DNA of 64,000 bases from Geosiphon pyriformis uo1. Lineage: Eukaryota; Fungi; Glomeromycota. Of the stretch, positions 27,527 to 41,298 are shown piece by piece (position 1 is the first letter of the stretch; the number at the start of each line of letters is the position of its first letter). Under the pieces are notes generated by a model. That model saw only the letters and a program-made list of their open reading frames with translations. It did not search any database and was not told where the DNA came from. The stretch lies in contig JAAOMT010000495.1 of NCBI GenBank assembly GCA_016748015.1, forward strand, positions 20,446 to 84,445, read 5' to 3'. The position numbers and the translations under genes were made by a program.

Positions 27527-28149
27527 TAATGTCCTCATGAATAACTTTTTTTGAATATTTAATTTTTGTAATTAATGCGAGCTGAGGATTTATCCGAATT
27601 TGTATCTCATCGCCTCTTTTGGTAACTAGTAATGTACGGGAAATTCAATCATAATAGTCTCAGCTTTTAGAAATAACCAGTGAACTCAAAACTGAATAAA
27701 TAATATTTTTCTAGACAAATTTTAATAAATTGCTATAAAATATTTTTCCAACTCATATTCTCAGCTATAATATTTTTTGAAAGTCAGAAATTGGAAGCTT
27801 GTAAAATATTTTGAGAAATTCTAACCTCAAAATATTTCAGCAGCGAATGAATTTGAAAAAGAAATTCTTTAGCAATAATTTCGTGAATCAATTGTCGTTT
27901 AACAGCAAATTAACCAAGGATACATTTGATATGTTATGAAAATTAATCCGAAATATTAAATTTAAAATTTTTTTGATAACTTTTACTAATGAATATTAAT
28001 AAACTTCTCTATTGATCTTTTAATTTTACCTAAAAATAGTTTATAATTCAAAAAGCTTTATAAAACTCTAGATGAGAATTAGTGCTAAAAAGAAAATAAA
28101 CCAAATTTCTTTATCCTTTCAATGGGTGTTTATACATGAACTTGAATAT

Positions 28150-28760
28150 TACTCAACTGATTTCTATGATTACAATTTCAAAGAGATAATTGTTTATTTC
28201 AAACCAGAATCTTTAAATCTTCAACAATGGGAACAGAGTCCAATTTCTTTGATTCCTTTACTCTTGGGAAAAGCAGAACAAAAAACAGTTTTCATTGATT
28301 AGGAACTGGATCCGAATATAGAATCAATAATAATAGTGACATTTTTAAAATGATTAAACGGCTAAGAAAGGTCAGGTGCCAGTACCATTGCGATTATCAG
28401 AAGTTAATGATAAGGTGTTTATATTGGTGATGGTGAAAATTTATGGTTATATCAAAATTGTAAATCATTATTAATATCTTTCGTAGCATACAGTGATAGC
28501 CGGATGCCTATACATGCTTCAGTAACTTTTCGGCTCTCCAAATGAAATAAACACTTTTTTGGCAACCAAAAATTAGGCTGAAAATCCTGTATGTTTTTTA
28601 AATTTTTATTTTTTCTAAATTCTTACAAATTTGGAAATATGCTGAAATATCGTAAACTCTAATTTTTAGAATTGTAATAAAGCTCAATCATATTTTTCAG
28701 ATCAAAATTTAACCACGTTTGGGGATCGTGAAACGGGAATGGAATCCATCCTAAACGAAA
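28150..28760 (+). pseudogene. Degraded Lipase_3-like pseudogene
   Basis: DFYDYNFKEIIVYFKPESLNLQQWEQ (exon-2-like), then broken remnants tag|CATAC (AY), (F)WQPKIR / GQPK-like, ENP|gtatg, ag|NCNKAQS, with stops and deletions. Confidence 0.7.
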
Positions 28761-29713
28761 TTTGCTTTAGATTTTTGTGTGTAAAGTTTTTTGAATACAA
28801 TTTTCGATATGATTAACACATTTTAAAATATGTATTCTAGTCATGCATTTATTAATTGTAATCAATTTTGGTTGATCAATTTAATATCAAATTTAAAAAT
28901 AAATATGATAATCTGTAATTTTTACACTATCTTGTACATGTATTTTAAAACTATCAAATAACCTTTTCGAAATAATATTTGCTTAATAAAAAAGATAAGT
29001 TCATGCTGTAACCAACTATTCTAAATTTATTAATTAGTTTGAAATAAATTTTAGTTCTGTATAGTTAATATATAATAAATGAAAATTTAAAAAGATTTAA
29101 TGTTAAAAGTTATCATGTCCTAAAAAATGCAAATAGCTTTTTCTCTGACAATTTTTATTTTCTCATCAATTAATTCATAAATAGGAAATTTAAACATTTA
29201 TTGTAAAAAGTTTGGCTAAATTTTTAAAAAAATACTTTGAAAATCTTTGGTTATTTCAATATTTTGATTTAATCGTCCCAATCTTTACTTGCGACTTTTT
29301 AATATTTGTTTACTTCAGATTTTAATTTCCTTCTACTTTTCAATTTTTTTTTAGGGCCTTTATACACTCATTTCTTTGTAAATTGAAAAATTTAAACTAT
29401 TTATCAAGTAAATCTCGCGCTTGAGTGTCGAGGAGACCAATCTTTGCACACTGCTTTGTCAGAAATTCAGCAAGATTTCCATGGCATTTAATTATGTTTT
29501 CAAGGATTTTGCATAAGAAAGGCCCTTATTTAGAAGATCTTCTTATTGGCTGTTTAAGATTTTGGTATAAAATCCAAAAATGGCAGTTCGCGTGATAATA
29601 CAAAAATAAATACATAAATAAGTTTGATTTTGGCGGATTTCTTACTTATCTCGAAACATTATAAATTGTCAACAAAAAATTAGGAACCCAAGTTATGGTG
29701 TTTGAAGAGCATA

Positions 29714-31145
29714 ATGAATTCTTTTAAAGATTTTGCCATGAAAACTTTCAAATTTTTATCAAGAAAAGAAATTATCGTTTCGTTATTTATATACTTTACA
29801 TTTCACTTTTGGTCACATGAAAATTCTAAAGGCTGGATAGTTTCTCATAAAGCTCTAAAAATTCAATATCTCTTTTTACAAGATGGAAATCTCACTTTTC
29901 CTATCGTAGTTGATCGGAAAAATCAAATTAGAGTTCCTTTCCAATTCAAACAAACCACCAAACGATCTCAATCGCTTCCTAAAACTTTACTAGATCCTGA
30001 AAAATCTTTTTTCGGTCTTTATAAAGTGTTGGCATACTATGCAAATGATGCCTATTGCAATTTAGAAAATGGATTTATAAACGGTTTGATTCTTTTAGAA
30101 TAAAACATTTGATTTAGGTCAAAAACTATTTTTTGCTATTTATCTTAAATTTTTACTCTTCAGTCGAATTCGGATCTTTCTCAAGTCCAAGCCTTAATAC
30201 GGCTCTCGTTGTGTACTTTGCAGGACCAGTAATTATTTGAAATTTCCTGAAATATTATGTCAGAATTAAATTCACTAAATAGGAATTTCTTGACTTTTTT
30301 TTAGAAAAGAAAAAAAAATTCTTGGCGCACTGAAATTGATAGACAAATTTTATTTCAAGTGAAAGGCTTCCCAACATTTGACGATAATGCCCGTGTTAAT
30401 AAACCATTCTTGGAAATTATTGAATCCGTGTTTCCCAGAATTTTAGAAAATATTCGGGAATTTTTAAAAAAAGATCCAAGGATGACGCAAATTTGGTTCA
30501 CTGGGCATGCTATTGGTGGAGGTTGTGAAACTAGGAATTTTTTTTAGTTTCTATAAGTAAAAATCTGAAATATTTTTATATTTCTAAAAATATCAGCATA
30601 TGCCTCAATCGCTGGTATCCTATGGACTATTCAAAGATATGGGATTTATAAATCGAAGTTATGGCCTGAAATAGATCTGAATAAAATTGGTCACCATCTT
30701 ATCACATTTGGAGCTCCGAGAATTGGGAACAGCCGATTCAGTAGATTTGCAAATAAAGCGATTAGACATTATCGCATAACCCATGGAAATGACCATGTCC
30801 CACACTTTCCTTCGGATTCATTAGAGTGGAACCACTTTGGAGTAGAAATCTGGATTGAGCCATTAGAAAATTGCAATTGTCTCGATGATGATGTTAATTT
30901 TCATCCATATTCCTATTGGGACTGTAATAATCAATTACTTGAACGGACCCAAAGACAAATATGGCTTGAGAAATTGACTAGTGAGAATATGGTAAGTTTT
31001 ATCCAAAGAAAATTTTTAAAACCGATAAAATTTGAAAGAATTTTCTCTTTAGGAGTGTAATAAAGGGCAATCAATCATCAACGTTCCAGATGATTTGTTC
31101 CATGATGGGCCTTATTTCGACATTAGAATGGGTGTTTGTAGTTAA
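29714..31145 (+). CDS. Lipase class 3-like protein, Ser to Ala (copy 5, 379 aa)
   Basis: Exons 29714-30083, 30164-30228, 30305-30521, 30597-30991, 31053-31145. AYYANDAYC, VVYFAGP, FTGHAIGG/AYA, ITFGAPRIGN, RITHGNDHVPHFP, HFGVEIWI, ECN, HDGPYF. Exon 4 is missed by the ORF track. Confidence 0.9.
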
Positions 31146-33376
31146 GTCATTTAGAAATTCTTGAAATTAAAATATTGACTTTATTTTTCAGATGAGTAAC
31201 AGACCATCCAATAATGCGCGCAATTTTACTATATAAAATTTGTTTTTTAATATATTGTTTTTGGCGACCCATTTATGTATACATTTCGAATTTTAAATTC
31301 GTTCTTTTATTAAATAATAAATTAATCAAAGACGAGTCTCTTGTTATCAAAAATAACCATGCAGGTCTAATTTTAAGGTTTTTGGCATTATTACAGTGTT
31401 AAGAAATCTTCCTAATTTTATGTTAATTGTGGCTTAAATTTGCTATTTTAAAACATAAAATTTTATATTTTTAAGCGTTGGAATTGGTTTTAAGAAAATT
31501 ATTAGTAAGCAAGAATTATTTTTTAAATGTGTTACCTTAAAATATTTATTTTTTGAAAATATTAATAATAGTTAAAATTATTAAAGTTTTTCCACTTTGA
31601 AACCACTGATAAAATAAAGAAGATTGAAATAAAAGAGTCTCTATTTATATTCTATTTGATGCTGCTGTTCACTCACTATTAAAAAAAATTAGCCTAAAAA
31701 TGAATTTTAAACCATATCATATTATCAAATCCTTTTTTTGGTACACATATCGTCCTTTTATTTTTAATATAACTTTCATTAATTGATAAGTAGTTATTTT
31801 GAAAAAAAGTAGTGTTTAAAAAAAATTTTAAAAGATAATGTAAATGAATTGATGAAAGTTTTTATTATTTTTAAAATAGACTTGAATTAAATAGACAATA
31901 AAAATTTTAATCAAATTGTTGTTAAAAAATGGTTTTAAAAATGTATACCAAAGTATGATTAAGTTTTTTGTGACAAAAAATGCGTGCAACTTTTTTTATC
32001 ATAAATGAAAAAATAGATTTTTAACAATTTCATAAGAAACAATATTTTTATATTATAACCCACAATAATAAATTAATAAAAAATAAAGTCAAAAAATATT
32101 AAAATATTAAAAAAAAAAGCTGTTTAATATATAATTGAACAAATTTTTATTAAAGCTTTTAAAAATTTTATTTAAATATTTATTAAAAAAGTCAATAATA
32201 AAAATAAAAATTTAATCAATGATTGAATTAATAATCAAGTTAACAATCAATTTTAATGGTTAATAAATGATTGATATAAATTCAAAAAATTACAACATTA
32301 GTTTTTAAGAACAACACAATTTAACAATTCAAAGATATATTTTAGAAAACAATTTAAAACTATACATCATTTATGAGGAGAAAGACATAGTAATTTGGAC
32401 ATTAAAAAATGGATTTTAAATTTCATAATAATTGCGTTTGGTTTTATATCGTAAATAATAAATTAAAAAACTTTCAGTCTGGTACAGAAGTAAGTGGACA
32501 AAAAATTATACAGAACTTTAAAAAAAAACAAACCTATTGTGGTTGTTGCTATTTGAAATGACATGTTTTAAAAGATTTAAAAAGTTTACTTTTCAACAAG
32601 CCTTTTATATTTTTTTGGTTGTTTTTCTATATTCTCATATCATCCAGATAAGGAAAAAATGATGAAAGAAAAGCCAAAGATTTGGCTAAGTGCCCAGTTG
32701 TATTTTAAAAGACTTCTAAAAAGACCAAAAATAAATAATAAATGTTGTTGACTTGCTAAAAATATTTTTCTCTGTGTTATAGTTTGTGAAAATAAATTTG
32801 ACTCATCAAATATATGAGGTTTATAGAAAAATATTAAACAATAAATATATTATTATAATTAAAAATCAAAGTTAATGTAGAGTCTGTAAATTATAAAGTT
32901 TTTACCAATTAAATCTTAGGGATAAAAATGCATGTACTATTTATAAAAAAATTAGTTGATGATTTAATTATTAAAATAACTTCTCTCTTATAATTTAGTC
33001 TTGAAGCTGTGTTGTATGCTTTGTGCATCTGCTCACACATAGTATACAGTCAGGATAGTCTCTATTATCCTAACAACCAATTCCGATGTTCTGAAATTTG
33101 GCAGGTGGCATAATCTTTAATTATTGAAGATGGACATTATTCACAAAAATAGTAGAGTTGTTAAGTCTTAATCATCTACCAAAGTTAAAGAAGTCAGGTA
33201 GAGAAAAACTACGCAAAATAAATTTCTAATCAACGGAAGCAAGCAAAGCTAAAAATTCTACATATAGTGTAAATAAATGCTAGTTTTTAATTAGAACTAG
33301 AATATAAAATGGCAGCAAGAGGGTAATTAACTAACTTGATATAATACTATTCTTCACTATAACTACTACCTTTATA

Positions 33377-33540
33377 ATGCTCTTCTTTCTAGTTCTTGGT
33401 GATGACACTTCTGACAACATTTTCAAAGTCGAAATCAAAAAGGAAAATTCAGGAAGAAAGCCAAAGAAAATTATCAAAAAAATTGCCTTTTTAGATCATA
33501 TTGCCATGAACGAACTCGTACTCTAAAGATTAACATTTCT
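33377..33540 (+). pseudogene. Crinkler (CRN) effector N-terminal ubiquitin-like header remnant
   Basis: MLFFLVLGDDTSDNIFKVEIKKENSGRKPKKIIKKIAFLDHIAMNELVL* matches the fungal CRN header pattern LFCLVxG...FxVxI...LKxxIK...D.IDAxxLxLW; the conserved W is a TAA stop. Confidence 0.65.
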
Positions 33541-33937
33541 ACCAGAAAGGAAAGAAAATACTTTGACTCAAAATCTTTTTCTATTGTGAATTTTAGCACA
33601 AAGAATTTAATTCATCATTAAAAATCTCAATAATTATCACCAATGCATATAATAATTTAACTCTTTTTAGTAGTTTTTTGGCGAACAAAATTCAATTTTG
33701 AAAACCTCTTTGGACAAGATATGTGATATGTGATCGGAAATTTTTTTTTCAAAAAGAGGTTAAAAATCATATTTTTCTATGATTTAATTTGTTTATTTTG
33801 TTTAAATAAATAGTCTAAAAAAAACCCCCATTTAAGCTCGATCTATAGGATTTTTTGTTTATTAGATGTTCAAAAAAATTATAAATACATGTAATACGCA
33901 CAAAACTCTTTTTTATAATTATTAAAAACTTAGAAAA

Positions 33938-35122
33938 ATGGCTTCTTTTAATAATCAAATATCATTCAAGGTCGATTTTCTGAGAAAATTAAATATTATT
34001 TTCGCAATTTTTATGGCATCAGTTTTTTATTTTTTGATTCATGAAAATCATAGCAGTTGGATAGCCTCTAAAATAATTCAAAAGTATAGAAAACCAGATA
34101 TAAACTACACCTCATCCACTACTATGATTAATTGGATAAATCAAAATGATATCCCAGTAAAAATTGATCAAACCAAAAAGCGGTCACAATCACAACATAA
34201 AAGCCGAATTTCATCTAATAGTGTTGAGTTAAATATCTCCTCGTATATTGCATTCATAATAAATGCTCTGGACTGCCTCGGTCTAAATAATGTCGGCTCA
34301 AGAGTGCCTGGTTTAGAAATAAAAGGTTTTTAAATTCCTAAAAAAAAAATAGTTTTTAAGTGAAGGTTTTATAAAAAAAACTAACATACATCTTTTTTAA
34401 AAAATACTGTTCATTAGTGGAAATTCAATTCTACTTACATTCACCAAGTTATAGCGCTTTAATCATAATGTTTGCAGCACCAGTAAATTATTTCAATCTC
34501 TTTAATTTTTTAATCAAATAAAATTTTGAGATAATAATGCTTCTTTATTTATATTAGAAATTAACGAAAACACAATGGGCTTCTAGAAACTCAAGACAAG
34601 TGCCACTTCAGTTGAACAATGGTCTAAAGTTTAACGAAAAAATTCGTGTAGACTCACAATTATTGAAAGATGTGAATTTATTATTCCCTATTTTAGTTCA
34701 ACGTATTAAATCTTATTTAAAGAAATTTTCAAAAGTAACTAAATTGAGTGATGTTATATTTACGGGTCATGGTCTTGGTGGAGGTTCGTTTTTAAAAAAT
34801 TATCTATTTTTAAAAGTTTAAAGTGAGAATTATTTATTTTTTTAACATTAAATTTTTTTTAACTATAAACTTGTATATATAAGCATATGCCTGTATTGCT
34901 GCATTTATGTGGGCATTTGAAAGATTTGATATCATAATGAATAATCTTTGGCCGGATATTAATTTAAACGGAATAGGCCAGGGTATTTATACTTATGGAG
35001 CTCCGAGAGTTGGAAATAGGTACCTTAGCTTTATCCTCAACCAAGCAATCGTTCATCGCCGTATTACCCATGGAAATGATCATGTCCCGCACTTTCCTTC
35101 TTCTTCTTCTTTTTCTTCCTCT

Positions 35123-35154
<32 letters not shown>

Positions 35155-35590
35155 TTCTTCTTCTTCTTCTTCTTCTTCTTCTTCTTCTTCTTCTTCTTCT
35201 TCAACGGAGTGGACACATTTTGGTACTGAAATTTGGATTGAGCCATTGAGTAATTGTGACTGTCCTGATGACCCAAATACGTATTGGGATTGTAATTTTT
35301 CTGAGTTGTCTTTATTTCATAAAGAAGCATGGGCCGATTCGCAGTATTCTGAAGAGAATATGGTTAGTATTAATATCTATATTGAATTAAGAACTTTTCG
35401 ATAAAGGTGTTAAAAAATTAGATTTTTATTTTAGGGGTGTAATGCTGGTCAATCAATTAACGAAGTTCCGAACAAATTATTTCATAATGGGCCTTATTTT
35501 GGGGTTGAAATGGGCAATTGCGAATCAATCAGTAAGTTAGGGAATTTTGAAGAAGCTCTAAAAAATTATCGAAATAGAGATAATAATTAG
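33938..35590 (+). CDS. Lipase class 3-like protein, Ser to Gly, with poly-Ser insertion (copy 6, 437 aa)
   Basis: Exons 33938-34325, 34418-34482, 34558-34783, 34884-35362, 35435-35590. FTGHGLGG/AYA, YTYGAPRVGN, RITHGNDHVPHFP, HFGTEIWIEP, GCN, HNGPYFG; close paralogue of copy 5. Confidence 0.9.
35099..35203 (+). repeat. Coding (TCT)n microsatellite encoding a poly-Ser tract
   Basis: 35 in-frame codons (34 Ser, 1 Phe) between HFP and TEW in exon 4 of copy 6. Confidence 0.95.
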
Positions 35591-36109
35591 CAGTCAATAT
35601 ATATTTTTTGCTATAAATTCATTAATTTATTTCTATTTCGTGAATATTTTTACTTGAGTAGAAAAAAGTGCCTTTTTTCTTAAAAATATAGGAAATCGTT
35701 TTCTTTTTTCACTTGAAGGGATATTTTTTTTACAAAACTATGTCAAAAACCTGTCAATATAAAATAAATTTAAAAGTTTAGAATTAAATTTTATTAATTG
35801 ATGTGAATTAATTTAATAATTTTTTATTTTGTAAAAATGCAAAATAATTAACTTTATTAAAATTAATTTTCAGTTTATGTTTCAGTGAGAAAATTTTAAG
35901 TTTTAAAATGAATTTTATTTATTCTGTTTAATGTTTTTGAAATTTAACTTTTTTAAGATTCATACATAATAAATTATAGTAATGAATAGTGCTTTTGGGA
36001 TGGGGCAATGTATTTTAGATCATGAATATATAAGATTTATCAGTGGTATAGAAACAATTAATAAAATTTTACTTAAAGAAAGAAATTGATACATTAAAGC
36101 TTATAATGT

Positions 36110-36560
36110 AAATTTTCACCAAGTGTATTATTATCCAAGTTCCAAAATATGGATGAAAGCCTAAGTACGGTTCGTTTTTACTACCTATTTTGTGACCTTT
36201 TGTCTTTTAAGTCAAAGCATTTTAAATAAATAAAATTTTCACCTGATTGTGTTATTATAGTTTTAGGAATAAATTGATCTTTGTCAGTCAAACTCAGATT
36301 TATAAATTATTTAATTCAACATTTATTTTGATAATTACAACAACATAACAAAACAACTTAATATCTCAAATATCAAAAAAAAATATTTCACCTATTAAAG
36401 ACAATATAAATTCTTCAGAGACTCAAAAATATAATTATAATACTCTCACTCTCGCACAAAAAAATTAAACTTTGTAAAATTAAAAAATTAATCCATCACT
36501 TTTAATTTCTGGGTACATAATGCTTCAAAAGTTAGCAATTTTGCTCAGTTTATAAATATT
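36110..36560 (-). pseudogene. Highly decayed Lipase_3-like remnant
   Basis: Minus-strand motifs in the expected order: LLTFEALC (TFGAPR via transitions), QSGENF, HPYFGTW. Confidence 0.45.
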
Positions 36561-39296
36561 AACTATTTTTAAAGAACTCAAAGATGTTATTGGTTTCAAA
36601 AAACACTACAATATTAAAATGTGGGGAATCAAAAAATGCTTTTTAAATAATTTATCACAATTTAGTGTAAAAATTTTTGAAAATGCTGAAAAAATTGTAA
36701 TAAAAAGTAAAATAAGTCGAAAAAAGAGATAAATTCATTAATTTTAAACAGTTAAATTTATTACTCTTTGGTTTTTTATTAATTATTAATATTAATATTA
36801 TTTTTAATTATCTTATTTATTATTTTTTACATTTAAAATATAAGGAAAGAAATTTAGCAGAACCTTTCTTAAAAAAAGGTCAAGAATGTCTTTTTTCTGA
36901 CAATTAATCAAACAATAGAAAACACTTTACTTGTTCTAATTATCAGATTAAAAGAGATTATTTTAATTCAAGGAATAATTTTACCTGTTTCCAGTGAGAA
37001 GAGTATAATTATTTTTGTGTATAGTTTTTTGTAAATAAAAATTAGAATGAAAATATCAAATCTATAATTTTTATAATATAGATTTAAGTAACAATAATAA
37101 TTTTGATTAATTTGAAAATCACTCATTTTAATAGCCACACTGATTATCATGTAATTTAAAAACTTTGTAAACCAAAAATAAAATTGGATTAAGAAAATTC
37201 ATCATGTATATAGTGTATGTACTTTGTTTTGAGTCAATAAAAAAAACTAACTTGGTCGGTCAAGTGAGCGCAAATGAACTATTTTTATATTTAAAATTTA
37301 TAAAAGCATTAATATTATGAATATTTATTAAAAATGATTAAATCATATATTATTTAATGAAAACACTTCTTTTTACATATTAATTGATTAAATAAAATTT
37401 AGTATATTTAAATGTTTTACAGTTAATTTATATTTTAAAATTATTTTTAATTTTTAAATTAAATATTTTTGCCATATTAATTAAATTTTGTAAGAAATAT
37501 TTTGTATATAAAACTGGTGTAAGTGAATTTTTATTAATAAATAAGTGGAAAAATAAAATGTTACTTTTTATTTTACATGTTAAAATTAATAATGTTTTAC
37601 TATAATTGTTTAACCTAATAAATTGAATATCATTAAAATTTTATCTATAATTTTAATTAATATTTTAGTAATCGTTGTGCTATAATATTATGTCAATAAT
37701 TTGCAAGATATGAATCTATCCCACACATTTTTGTGAAAATCAATATTTAAAAATATTTGGTTATAAAGTAATATAAAATTGTTTTTGTAATAATTATAAG
37801 CTATGCATATTGAGTAAAAGTTTATGATTATTGTTTTAAAATATGAAATTAATCTAAAAGTTTATTTTTAAGTTCTGAGTATTTGGAACATGCACCAATA
37901 TTAAGTTGTTGAATATAAAGTATTATATGTATTAAATTTTTTTTAGTTTTTTCCAATTATAAATTTGTTTACGTTGTTTGTATGCTATCTTTATTTTATT
38001 AATTTAATACAATTTTTCATTTTTTATGAATATTTTTTCAATGGTTTTTTATATATATTTTTCGTTTGTTTTACATTAAAGTTTACTTATAATATTTTTT
38101 GTATATATCATTTCTTAAACATAAAATTTAATTTTAGAAATAAGGTTTTTGAATAAAAATTTGACTATTTTAAGCAATGCAAATAGCATTTTGATCCAAA
38201 TTACATTTTTTATATATGCAAAAATATAAAATTATTATTTTAAAAAATTTTCAATTTAACTGATTTAAAAAAAAAGAGACATTATTATAGTAGCAAAAAT
38301 TACCAAAAAGTATTTATAAAAAAAAACGATGTTTTATGAATAACCAAAAAATTTAAAGTATTGGAAGTTACATTATTCAAAAATAAAGAATTTTGAATTG
38401 ATAAAATTATTTACCAATCACTTATATTTTTTTCACTTTGCAAAAAAATTAAAGAATTTTTTAATTTCTGTAACCAATAAAAAATAAATAAATGTGTATG
38501 GTGTATAGCATTTTTGTTAAGCAGTTAAAGATTGAACTATTATGTGGTCAAATTAGATTTTTTTGGTTTGGTTTTTATATTTTCATTTTTTTTGTTTCAA
38601 TAGCTGATGTGATTTATTAAAAGAATTAGAAAAGTATGTCACCTTTATTTCTAAGAACTGAGAGGAAAAGATTTTGGGTTTCAAGAAGACAATAATTTTA
38701 TTCATATTACAAAAGGTTTTTTTCAAAATGCGTACAACTTCTGTCATTGCCAGCTTAAAGTCCTAATTTGAAATGTTTAAGCCTTTATAAAAGTGAAACT
38801 AAAGTTTTGGAAATCTTAACAATCAAGCTTATATATATATATATATATATATATTGAAGGAATAATTTTATTTTTACTTTCACTAGAATTAGTTTATTTT
38901 TGCGGGTATAAATATATAATAGATTAAAAAATCTCAAGAATTTCATGATAAATTTCGTTCGTTATTTACAAAAAAAAAATGAATTTATTGACTTGCAATT
39001 TACTATCTATGGAAATATTTGATAACTATACATTTTAAATACTTAACAGTTTATCCGGTTATATTACTTTTAATATAGAGTTAACTAATACTTTATTTAG
39101 ATTTCAGTTAGGGAATTATATTGCAATGGGAATATATAAATATTGAGATCGCCAATATCTCGGAAATCTTCAAAATTCCATCTAATGGTTGAAAATTTCA
39201 AGTTAATAAATTATAGTACTCGAATAATCAACAGGTCTTTCTCTAAATAGATATTGAAATATCTTTTTTTTTTTCGCAAGAAATTTAGTGGGCGTA

Positions 39297-40758
39297 ATGA
39301 TTTTCAATCACTTTTGGGAAAAAAAGAAAGAGTTCTTTGCAAGACAAATTATATTTCTTCTCATCCTTATTCTAGCTACTCTCGAAATCCTTATCAATGA
39401 AGTTGAAAAATATTACATAGTCAAAGTAAAATTACCTGAAAATAAGTTAACTTGGTCAAATAATCAAGACTTTTCTTATTTCTGGCCAGAAACACTCCAA
39501 AATAATAAGACTTTGAATAAACGTGAATTAATAGCAGCTGGCCCTTCAAGAGGTTTTGGTGGTAGCTCTAAAAAAAAATTCCCTCCTAAAACACTAGTTA
39601 CAGATCCAGAGATTATAAATTTATTAAAAACGATGGCGTTCTGGGCAAATATACCGTATTGCACTCCTGACCAGAAGCTTGCAAAAAATTCTTTAGGATT
39701 AATTTGTAAGAAATATTTTTTTCAAGTTTGTAATTATTTAATTTAAGAAAAAAACTATTTTCAATGGTTAAACTTTCATATTAAAAATTTTTTTTCTGAT
39801 GGAAAGTTGATATTTCACTACAAATGATAGGAAAAAAGGAAGGAATAGTAATATATTTCCGTGGTGAGTTTTGTAAAACTTCTCATTGAATTCACTATAA
39901 TTCCAGCTTCAATATTTTTTTCTTCAAATTAAGGACCTGAACTTACTAGAAAGCAATGGAATGATAGAAAATTTAATTTAGACTCGGATCGTAAAAAAAA
40001 TTCTTGGCCAGTAGATTCTCAATGGTATGAAGTGATCAAAGGAACCATGGAAGCATTGTCAAAGCGAATTGTACACCTTAGTTCCGAACTTACTGGCGAT
40101 ACGGTGTTCACATATTTTACAGGCCATGGAATAGGAGGAGGTAATGTTATATTTAAATTTGTGCAAATATAATAAAGTAAAATTAATTTTTATGTTTTTT
40201 GGATTATAGCATATGCTCTATATATAGGTCTTTTATCTGCACTACTGGTGGAAAAAAATACAGTACATAGAATAGCGCTCGTTGGTAAAAAAATGGATGT
40301 CACAGTTGTTACATTTGGACAACCAAGAGCGGGAAATTTTGAATTTGCACAGCGTGCCAATACTTACATGAGGTCAAAATTTTTCAAAATTTATCGTGTG
40401 ACTCATTCAAATGATCATGTGCCACAGCGACCATATTTAGAGTCAACTTCAAAGCCTTGGTTGCATACCGATCGAGAATATTGGATTTCATTGAATTGTG
40501 ATTGTTCGCAAAAAAAAGAGCCTGAATATGAACTTTTTCAATGTCCAGGATATTCTAATGCTGATTTTGAAAAATACGGAGAAAATAAGGTAATTCTATC
40601 AAGTTATTATTTTTCGAAAGTTTGACTTTATATTTATTTTATGATAACTTTAATAGGAATGTAATCTTGGTACTGACGGTGCAAGTAACACGGCTAATTA
40701 TGGACCATACTTTGGAATTACTTTTGGAAAATGCGATGAGTTTTTTGAATTGAATTGA
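39297..40758 (+). CDS. Lipase class 3-like protein, Ser to Gly and His to Asn (copy 7, 384 aa)
   Basis: Exons 39297-39705, 39807-39863, 39934-40140, 40210-40589, 40657-40758. AFWANIPYC, VIYFRGP, FTGHGIGG/AYA, VTFGQPRAGN, RVTHSNDHVP, HTDREYWI, ECN, ANYGPYFG. Confidence 0.9.
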
Positions 40759-41298
40759 TTGGTCTTAAAGTCAAGTATTATAGAATTATGCCGAATTGCT
40801 AATAACTCATATAAGTTAATTTTTAGATATAAAAAATACAAACTAGTTGCAACACTCCTGTAATTTACTATTGAATAAAAGCAAAAATTAAAGTCGGATT
40901 TGAATTTCTCTATAAAGATTATAACAATCATTATGATTGAAACTTTATTTAATATCTATTATAGAGTAAATTTATTGAAAAAACTTAATACTTTAACAAA
41001 TAGTCTAAAATATTATCTCATAATTGTAAGTTTTAAGAGTAATCTGGACCTATAAATCCTGGTCAATCTGATTATCTAGGAATCCATAAATAAATAGTTC
41101 AATAATAATTTTTGATCACGATACTAGGGAAGCCTTTCTTAAGTTGATGCGACCAATTTTTTGCTCATATCAATGACTCTTATGAAGTTTATACGATTGG
41201 ATATGGGTTAAGTGATATGACCGATAGTTTGCTTTTATAATGACAATTCCTCTCAATCAATATTAAATATTATCTGACTTTCAATGTTTAACTAGTCC

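Noticed and set aside
32630-32700. SYHPDK, a DnaJ-like motif
   Set aside because: Only five matching residues, with no surrounding J-domain helices or open frame.
34995-35330. Poly-Leu and poly-Lys ORFs
   Set aside because: Alternative frame and antisense readings of the (TCT)n tract inside lipase copy 6.
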